A DNA stretch of 32,000 nucleotides from Geobacter sulfurreducens PCA (GTDB lineage: Bacteria; Desulfobacterota; Desulfuromonadia; Geobacterales; Geobacteraceae). The stretch lies in assembly GCF_000007985.2 (NCBI RefSeq), contig NC_002939.5:3000001-3032000 (forward strand), written 5' to 3'. Under the pieces are notes generated by a model, which worked only from the letters and a program-made list of their open reading frames with translations, did no database searches and was not told the origin of the DNA. This document shows, one piece after another, positions 26,119-32,000 of the stretch; within the stretch, counting starts at the first letter, position 1, and each line of letters begins with the position of its first letter. A program made the position numbers and the translations under genes.

Positions 26119-27447
26119 TTACAGCACGAACTGTGAAATCCCATAGGCCGCCAGCGTGGAGACGCTAACCCCGATCAGGCCGGGAATCATGAAGCTGTGG
26201 TTCAGGAGGTATTTGCCGATGCGGGTGGTGCCGGTACGGTCGAAGTTGATGGCTGCAAGGTCGCTGGGATAGAAGGCAAAGAAGAAGTAGGCGTAGCTGG
26301 CCGGCATGAGCCCCAGCAGCAGCGGGACCGGTAGCCCCAGGGCAAGGCCCAGCGGGAGCGTGATGGCCAGGGTGGCAGCCTGGCTCTTCACAAAGGCGGA
26401 GATGCAGAAGGTGGCGATGGCAAAGGTCCAGGGGGCCATCTTGACCATGACGCCGATGTTGTCCACCAGGAACTTCTTGTTGGCGGAAATGAAGGTATCG
26501 CTCATCCAGGCGATGCCGAAGATGGAGACCACGGCGATCATGCCGGCGGTAAAGACGCTGGAGTGGGCGATGTCCTTGGCCTTCACGTCGGCGGCGAACA
26601 TGATGAAGGCGCCGTAGGCGAGCATGATGAACTGGACCACCGTGGTCATGGGCACCGGCTTCTTTTCGCCGTTGAGGGGGAGCAGGTCGGGAAACACCGC
26701 AAAGAGGATGATGGTGGCCACACCGGCAAAGAAGAGGGCCACGGACACCTTGGCGGTGGTGCTGATCTTCTTGTCCAGGGTGGTGACATCGACATCAAGG
26801 GCCTTGCGGAACTCGGCATCCTTGAGGCGCTCCTGGTACTCGGCGTCCTTGTCCAGGTCCTTGCCCCGGTTGAAGCTCCAGGCAGCGGCCACCAGCACGC
26901 CGATCACGCCGGCCGGCATGGTGACGGAGATTATGTCGATGAGGGTCACGGGATAGCCGGACTTGGAGGCAAAGCCGAGGAAAAAGGTCACTGCCGCGGC
27001 CACGGGACTGGCGGTGATCCCCATCTGGGAGGCAACGCTGGAGATGGCCATGGGCCGCTCGGGGCGGATACCGGTCTTGATGGCCACGTCGGCGATGACC
27101 GGCAGCAGCGCATAGACCGCGTGGCCGGTGCCGACACAGACCGTCAGGAAGAAGGTGGAGAGCGGGGCCAGGATGGTCACGTACTTGGGGTGGGCCCGCA
27201 ACAGCTTCTCCGTCAGTTGCACCAGGTAGTCGAGCCCCCCGGCCACCTGCAGGGTCGCCGAGGCGGTGACCACCGCCAGGATGATGAGCATGACCGCGAT
27301 GGGGGGCTCCGACGGAGAGCTGCGGAAGCCGAGCACCAGGAGCGACACGCCGAGTCCTCCGATAAGGCCCAGGGCCACCCCACCCCTGCGGATACCGATC
27401 AGGACCGCGCCGAGAACGAGAACGAACTGGATCCAGAACATCATCAT
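26119..27447 (-). CDS. dcuB: Anaerobic C4-dicarboxylate (fumarate/succinate) antiporter DcuB
   Basis: 442 aa. Strong colinear similarity to E. coli DcuB as remembered (GGVALGLIGGLG, IRPERPMA, GKDLDKD, YPSDLAAINFDRTGTT, LNHSFMIPGLIGVSVS). Confidence 0.9.
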   Translation of the reverse strand: MMMFWIQFVLVLGAVLIGIRRGGVALGLIGGLGVSLLVLGFRSSPSEPPIAVMLIILAVVTASATLQVAGGLDYLVQLTEKLLRAHPKYVTILAPLSTFFLTVCVGTGHAVYALLPVIADVAIKTGIRPERPMAISSVASQMGITASPVAAAVTFFLGFASKSGYPVTLIDIISVTMPAGVIGVLVAAAWSFNRGKDLDKDAEYQERLKDAEFRKALDVDVTTLDKKISTTAKVSVALFFAGVATIILFAVFPDLLPLNGEKKPVPMTTVVQFIMLAYGAFIMFAADVKAKDIAHSSVFTAGMIAVVSIFGIAWMSDTFISANKKFLVDNIGVMVKMAPWTFAIATFCISAFVKSQAATLAITLPLGLALGLPVPLLLGLMPASYAYFFFAFYPSDLAAINFDRTGTTRIGKYLLNHSFMIPGLIGVSVSTLAAYGISQFVL

Positions 27448-27514
27448 AACTGCCTCCCCTTAGGTCGGACCCGTTGGATCCGCACCTGTTGTCTGTCAGA
27501 TTCACCCTTCAATG

Positions 27515-27530
27515 AGCAAGGGGGATACCA
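27515..27530 (-). promoter_or_regulatory. Candidate sigma-54 promoter upstream of dcuB (TGGTATCCCCCTTGCT)
   Basis: The minus strand shows GG-N10-GC with the exact -24/-12 spacing and TTGC at -12. It lies 68-83 nt upstream of the dcuB ATG. Confidence 0.5.
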
Positions 27531-27604
27531 AGGACGACAACACCGTGCAAGAGGCTGTTTTAATTATGAAAATTGTCTTTTACAGGGATATTTCAGGAGG
27601 GAAA

Positions 27605-27629
27605 CCGGCATAACCTGCGGTTATGCCGG
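27605..27629. promoter_or_regulatory. Perfect palindrome CCGGCATAACC-TGC-GGTTATGCCGG (candidate enhancer-binding-protein site 1)
   Basis: 11-bp perfect arms, about 90-100 bp upstream of the sigma-54 promoter. Confidence 0.45.
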
Positions 27630-27679
27630 CAATGAACCGCTGCAGGTACTATCAGTTATTTCGGCAGGTTAAAACAACC

Positions 27680-27712
27680 ATAACCAAGGTTATCGCTATA
27701 ACCTCCGGTTAT
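27680..27712. promoter_or_regulatory. Two further palindromes with the same core: ATAACC-AA-GGTTAT (27680-27693) and ATAACC-TCC-GGTTAT (27698-27712)
   Basis: Read directly from the sequence. They lie 150-190 bp upstream of the sigma-54 promoter and just 3' of the regulator gene stop. Confidence 0.4.
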
Positions 27713-27718
27713 GGGGGT

Positions 27719-29125
27719 TCATTTCCGCATCATCTTGAGCCGCTTGGAGAGGGCGGGCTGGGAGATGCCGAGGAGTCGGGCGGCGAGGGTCTGGTTACCG
27801 CCGGAACGATTGAGGGCCTCTTCCACGAGGAACTCGGCGGCGTCGGTAAAGGTGGGGAGCTTGTCGAACCCGGCGAAGGGGTTCAAAGTGGGCGGCGGAG
27901 TACCGGCGGGTTCTTCCGTGCCGCCGATGGCCCTGACGAAGCTTTCCATGGAGAGCATCCGGTCCCGGTGGACGCTGACCGCATCGAAAACCATCGACTT
28001 CAACTCCCGCACGTTACCCGGGAAATTGTAGGTGGCCAGATGCTGGGCCAGTTCCGGCGGTGGCGTGGGTTTTTTCTTTCCCAGGGTGCGGGCTGCCTCG
28101 GCCAGGAAATGGTCCAGCAGGAGCGGGATGTCCCCTTTCCGCTCCCGAAGGGGCGGCATATGGACCTGGTGGGTGCGGAGCCGGTAGTAGAGGTCGCGCC
28201 GGAACTCTCCGGCAGCCTCCCGGGCCGCCAGGTTGCGGTGGGTGGCGACGATGACCCGCGCCCGGAGCCGCCGGGGCTGGTCGCTCCCCAGAGGAAAGTA
28301 CTCCCCTTCCTGGAGGAGCCGCAGGAGTTTAACCTGGGAGGGGATGCCCAGGTCGCCGATCTCGTCCAGGAACAGGGTACCGTTGGCCGCCTCCTCCACC
28401 ATGCCGCGCCGCGCCGTCTCGGCACCGGTGAAGGCGCCGCGCACGTGACCGAAGAGAGTGTCGGCGAAGACCGTGTCGTCCAGCCCGGCCACGTTCACCG
28501 CCACCAGCTGCCCTTTGCAGCCGCTCAGGGTATGGGCGGCCCGGGCCAGGAGTTCCTTGCCCACCCCGCTCTCGCCGGTGATGAGGAGCGGCTGGGGGCT
28601 CACGGCCACTGCCTCGATGTAGGCGAACAGGGAAAGCATGCCCCGGTCGGCGGTGACGATGCCGGCAAAGGCCTCCGGGTGCCGCAGGCCGCCGGAGACG
28701 AGCCGGCTCGACATCTCCCGGTTCTCCCGCTGCAGCTCCAGCATCCTGACCGCCCGGAGAACTCCCCCCACGAGCCGGTCCTCCTCGTCGGTCTTGACAA
28801 AGTAGTCGAAAGCCCCGAGCTTCATGCAGCGGACCGCGGTCTCCACCTGGTTCAGGCCGCTGATGACGATGACCGCCACCTCGGGGTGTCTCTCGCTGAT
28901 CGTGGCGAGGAGTTCCTCCCCCGACAGGTGGGGCATGGTGAGATCCAGGAGTACCAGGCCGATGCCGCCCCCTTCCAGCAGCGCCGGAACGTCCCTGCTG
29001 TCCTGGCAGAGGATGGTATTCGTGATGCCGGCGGACGACTCCAGGGTCAGGGAGAGGGAACGGAGCCAGGCCGGTTCGTCGTCAACCAGAAGGATGCCGA
29101 AGGGGGGATAGCGATTCTCGGTCAT
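27719..29125 (-). CDS. Sigma-54-dependent response regulator (NtrC family: REC, AAA+, Fis-type HTH)
   Basis: The internal ATG at 29125 gives MTENRYPPFGILLVDDE. REC phospho-site LLDLTMP. Walker A GESGVGKE, GAFTGA motif, Walker B LFLDEIGDL. C-terminal HTH LAARLLGISQPALSKRLK. Confidence 0.9.
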   Translation of the reverse strand: MTENRYPPFGILLVDDEPAWLRSLSLTLESSAGITNTILCQDSRDVPALLEGGGIGLVLLDLTMPHLSGEELLATISERHPEVAVIVISGLNQVETAVRCMKLGAFDYFVKTDEEDRLVGGVLRAVRMLELQRENREMSSRLVSGGLRHPEAFAGIVTADRGMLSLFAYIEAVAVSPQPLLITGESGVGKELLARAAHTLSGCKGQLVAVNVAGLDDTVFADTLFGHVRGAFTGAETARRGMVEEAANGTLFLDEIGDLGIPSQVKLLRLLQEGEYFPLGSDQPRRLRARVIVATHRNLAAREAAGEFRRDLYYRLRTHQVHMPPLRERKGDIPLLLDHFLAEAARTLGKKKPTPPPELAQHLATYNFPGNVRELKSMVFDAVSVHRDRMLSMESFVRAIGGTEEPAGTPPPTLNPFAGFDKLPTFTDAAEFLVEEALNRSGGNQTLAARLLGISQPALSKRLKMMRK

Positions 29126-29361
29126 AAGTGAATGGACTCCATCATTGACGTGGTTTTTCTCCTTCCGTCCCACCGCATACGGTTCCTGGAGGGGGGCGGA
29201 GGGCTCGCGGAGAAAAGAGTCCCCGCAAAAAAGCACCGGACGTCACCCGAAGGGAAAGCGCCGGAAACGGCCGATCAGCCCCCATGAAACCCGACCGGCG
29301 ACGCTTGGACTCTTTTCTGAGCGAACCCTCCGCCTCCCGATCGCCACAGTCAGCGCAACAA

Positions 29362-31134
29362 TCAGGCGATAACCGGCAGAGAAAGCGTAACCGTGGTCCC
29401 CTCGCCAAGAGCCGACTCGAAGGAAAGGGCTCCCCCATGCTCCTTGATGATGCCCGCGGATACCGAGAGCCCCAGGCCGGTGCCGCCGCTCTCCCGCTTG
29501 GTGGTGAAGAAGGGGTCGGTGAGGCGCGGGATGTTTTCCGGCGCGATGCCGCTCCCCTCATCCCGCACCCGCAGGTTCACACACCCAACGGCCGGATCGA
29601 AAGAGGTCTCCAGCTCAATACCCCGGCTCGGGTCCGGCAGGGCCTGGCAGGCGTTGAGGACCAGGTTCACCACCACCTGCTCGATCCGCTGGACGTTTGC
29701 CAGCACCCGCGGCAGGTCGGGCTCATAGCGGGCAGTGAAGCGGGTCGTGGCCTTGCGCAGCGAGGCATCCACCAGCCGTACCGCCGCCTGGGCCACGCCG
29801 TTGAGGTCGACCAGCTCCTTGCCGCCCACGTCGTCGCGCCGGGCAAAGTCCTTCAGGTCCTCAACGATCCGCTTGATCCGCTTGGCCCCGTCCTGCATCT
29901 CGTCCAGAAGCCGCGGCACCTCCTCACGAACCCGTGAGTAACGGAGCCCGCCGAGGGTGAAGTCCCCCTCCGTCCGGTAGCGCTCCTCCAGGATGGGGGC
30001 CGCATCATTGTAGATCTTGCGCAGGATCGGCACGTCCAGCAGGATGAGGCCGGTGGGGTTGTTGATCTCGTGGGCCACGCCGGAAACCAGGATGCCCAGC
30101 GCAGCCATCTTGTCGGCCTGCAGGAGCTGCTGCTGGTTAAGCTGGACCTCCTCCAGGGCCCGGGAAAGGGATTCGGTCCGCTGGGCCACCTGCCGCCGGA
30201 GCGAATGGCTCCAGAGCACCGTGCCGCCGAGGATGACGAGCAGGGGAATCACCACCACCGCCGCATACTTGGCGATCTCCTGCCAGCGGACCGGCTGGGG
30301 CTCCAGCACCCCCAGCCACTTGGCGCGGATCGCCTCGTACTGGCCGGTCTTCCTGAGGATGGCGAGCCCCTCGCTGAAGCGGGCCAGAAGCTCCGCATCC
30401 CCCTGGCGGACTGCATACCCGTAACGCTGGGCCGCGATGCTCCGGGCCACGGGCACCAGGTTCGTGAGCCGGTTCTCCCGGATGATGTACATGCCGGGAA
30501 CCATGGCCACCACCGCGTAGTCGCACCCCCCCGCGGCCAGGAGCCGGAGGGCGTCCGCCGGGGTCGGGGTCAGGACCAGGTCCTTGCCGTAGCCCCGCTC
30601 CGCCAGGTACTCGTGCATGATCCCGTCCCGGTGGAGCGCCACCTTCCTGCCCCTCAGATCCTCAAGTCCCGCGGCAGGGGGCGAATCGCGCCGGGCAAAG
30701 ATGGCATGGTAGACAATGGTGTGAGGCGGGGTGAAATCGATCTGCCTGGCCCGCTTCTCGGACCACGAGATCCCTTGGAGCACGTCGACCCGACCGCTCT
30801 TGAGGGCGGAGAACATCTCCGACCAGGCGCCGAGGCGAAACTCCACCGTCATCCCCATCACCTCGGCGATGGCCCGGGTCAGTTCCACGTTGTAGCCGGC
30901 GGGCTTGCCGTTCTGGTCGATGAACTCGTAGGGGGGGTAGTCGCGATCGCCGCCCACGACGATGGTGCGATGCCGGTCGCGGGGCGCGTCGGCGGCCGAC
31001 GCTGTTCCCACGGCCACAAGGACCAGCGCCGCGAGCACCGTCAACAGCACGGCCAGGTACCGGTAGCCGCGCCCCGGCAACGGGACGGGCGGAATCTTCC
31101 ACCGGCAGGACATGCATGCGAAGCGGCCGCCCAT
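29362..31134 (-). CDS. Sensor histidine kinase with a family-3 solute-binding-protein-type periplasmic domain
   Basis: Internal ATG at 31134 with AAGGAGG 7 nt upstream. TM helix, then a periplasmic domain (GGDRDYPPYEF, GYNVEL, ALKSGRVDVL), then a second TM helix. H-box HEINNPTG, N-box LVLNACQAL, G-boxes DEGSGI and GGTGLGLS. Confidence 0.85.
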   Translation of the reverse strand: MGGRFACMSCRWKIPPVPLPGRGYRYLAVLLTVLAALVLVAVGTASAADAPRDRHRTIVVGGDRDYPPYEFIDQNGKPAGYNVELTRAIAEVMGMTVEFRLGAWSEMFSALKSGRVDVLQGISWSEKRARQIDFTPPHTIVYHAIFARRDSPPAAGLEDLRGRKVALHRDGIMHEYLAERGYGKDLVLTPTPADALRLLAAGGCDYAVVAMVPGMYIIRENRLTNLVPVARSIAAQRYGYAVRQGDAELLARFSEGLAILRKTGQYEAIRAKWLGVLEPQPVRWQEIAKYAAVVVIPLLVILGGTVLWSHSLRRQVAQRTESLSRALEEVQLNQQQLLQADKMAALGILVSGVAHEINNPTGLILLDVPILRKIYNDAAPILEERYRTEGDFTLGGLRYSRVREEVPRLLDEMQDGAKRIKRIVEDLKDFARRDDVGGKELVDLNGVAQAAVRLVDASLRKATTRFTARYEPDLPRVLANVQRIEQVVVNLVLNACQALPDPSRGIELETSFDPAVGCVNLRVRDEGSGIAPENIPRLTDPFFTTKRESGGTGLGLSVSAGIIKEHGGALSFESALGEGTTVTLSLPVIA

Positions 31135-31256
31135 GGCGGAGCCTCCTTTCCGGCTAATCGGTCGCGCGGGCACGGACCGATCCCGGCGCTTGTATCGGAC
31201 GGGTCACTATAGTATAACACCCAGACGAGCCGTCCATCAGCCCGGGGGCACTGCCC

Positions 31257-32000
31257 GTGAACACACCCTTATCAGAGACACATCTCCTGGATGCCTGTCG
31301 GCAGCTCTTCGGCCCCGATGTCGATCTGTCGCGCGAATTCCTCCACTACCTCCAGCCGAGCGGCGCCAAGGCCGCCTTCCGGCAACGGGCACGGGAAACC
31401 CACCCGGACCTCTTCGGCCACGAATCTCCCCATCTCCAGCAGCGCCAGGCCGAGCTGTTCCGCCAGGTGCGCGAGGCCTACGACCTCATGTGCGCCTTTT
31501 TCAGACACCGGGAGGAAGGACTCGCCCGGCACGAAAGCCCGTGCCAGTCCGCGGGCAGGAGGAGATCCGCCGGGCGGGAGCGACCCCGGGACGACGGCCC
31601 CCGGGACGGATTCTATCAGGGTCACCTGCCCCAGCGCCCCCTGAAACTGGGCCGATACCTCTATTACCGCGGCATGATCTCCTACCGGGACCTGATCCGG
31701 GCCCTGGCCTGGCAGCGGGCGGGACGCCCCCCCATCGGCGCCCTCGCGACCCACTGGGGCTGGCTCGACGACACCCAGGTCCGGACCATTCTCTCCGCCG
31801 GCCATCACCCCGGCCGTTTTGGCGAAAAGGCCATCCGGTTCGGCTTCCTCACCCCCCGCCAGGTGGAGCTCCTGCTCTTCCGCCAGCGTTCGCGGCAGAC
31901 GCGCCTCGGCCAGTATTTCGTAGCAGGCAACGTGGTGAGCATGACGGAAATGGAGCGACTCGCCCGGGAACTTCGCCAGCACAATGCACGCACCGGCGGC
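31257..32000 (+). CDS. J-domain (DnaJ-like) protein, 3' end beyond the window
   Basis: Not in the ORF track because it has no stop inside the window. The frame is open from 31218 to 32000, with a GTG at 31257 preceded by GGGGG. Translation contains AKAAFRQRARETHPDL...AELFRQVREAYDLM, with the HPD tripeptide and helix III pattern of J-domains. Confidence 0.55.
   Translation, partial: MNTPLSETHLLDACRQLFGPDVDLSREFLHYLQPSGAKAAFRQRARETHPDLFGHESPHLQQRQAELFRQVREAYDLMCAFFRHREEGLARHESPCQSAGRRRSAGRERPRDDGPRDGFYQGHLPQRPLKLGRYLYYRGMISYRDLIRALAWQRAGRPPIGALATHWGWLDDTQVRTILSAGHHPGRFGEKAIRFGFLTPRQVELLLFRQRSRQTRLGQYFVAGNVVSMTEMERLARELRQHNARTGG

Noticed and set aside
29126-29361. The 236-bp gap between the kinase and regulator genes, examined for a small ORF, terminator or riboswitch.
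   Set aside because: There is only a T-run (29228-29233 on the minus strand) without a convincing stem, and no ORF with an SD. It is left unannotated. It may hold an internal promoter.
21182-31212. Other long shadow ORFs: 21182-22708(+), 24011-24682(-), 24598-25665(-), 26563-27672(+), 27623-29131(+), 30070-31212(+).
   Set aside because: Each overlaps a gene on the other strand with clear family motifs (AAA+, FmdB, RsmB-type methyltransferase, DcuB, NtrC-type regulator, histidine kinase). None has motifs of its own.
31272-31982. A 236-aa minus-strand ORF at the right end.
   Set aside because: No recognisable motif. The plus-strand frame over the same DNA encodes a J-domain with the HPD motif, so the plus frame is preferred.
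1-32000. Checked for mobile elements, CRISPR arrays, and tRNA or rRNA genes, and for IS elements as the cause of the duplication.
   Set aside because: I saw no transposase, integrase or recombinase-like ORFs, no short regularly spaced repeats, no cloverleaf-like or rRNA-like sequence, and no inverted terminal repeats at the duplication edges.

Overview
High-GC bacterial chromosome segment that I recognise from memory, not from a search, as the outer-membrane electron-conduit region of Geobacter sulfurreducens. Nearly all genes are on the minus strand. From left to right:

- msrP.
- A three-gene porin-cytochrome cluster that I believe is extEFG: porin-like protein, pentaheme cytochrome, very large lipoprotein cytochrome.
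- Three poorly characterised genes.
- The known ~10-kb tandem duplication: orfS-ombC-omaC-omcC and orfR-ombB-omaB-omcB. Each copy has a TetR regulator, a porin-like protein, a periplasmic octaheme cytochrome and an outer-surface dodecaheme lipoprotein cytochrome.
- A monoheme cytochrome c with a small secreted protein.
- An AAA+ ATPase with an MFS transporter.
- A cytoplasmic protein with DxDxDG-type calcium-binding motifs, a small HTH protein, an FmdB zinc-ribbon protein and an RsmB/NOP2-type RNA methyltransferase.
- dcuB followed by a degenerate receiver domain.
- A sigma-54 response regulator and a sensor kinase with a solute-binding-protein-type periplasmic domain.
- A J-domain gene that runs off the right edge.

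I count 59 canonical CXXCH heme motifs in seven genes within about 20 kb. I found no rRNA, tRNA, CRISPR array, transposase or integrase.

The most notable observations:
1. A 2,832-bp tract is identical between the two conduit copies except for one synonymous base. Its edges are sharp and fall inside coding sequences, which looks like gene conversion.
2. OmcB and OmcC diverge in a mosaic pattern around a conserved heme-free C-terminal domain.
3. The two TetR paralogs have different upstream control regions.
4. The largest cytochrome has seven non-canonical CXnCH motifs and internal repeats.
5. A good sigma-54 promoter and three ATAACC-N2-3-GGTTAT palindromes lie upstream of dcuB, next to the kinase/regulator pair.

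The conduit loci themselves are already described in the literature. The regulatory inferences are mine and untested.
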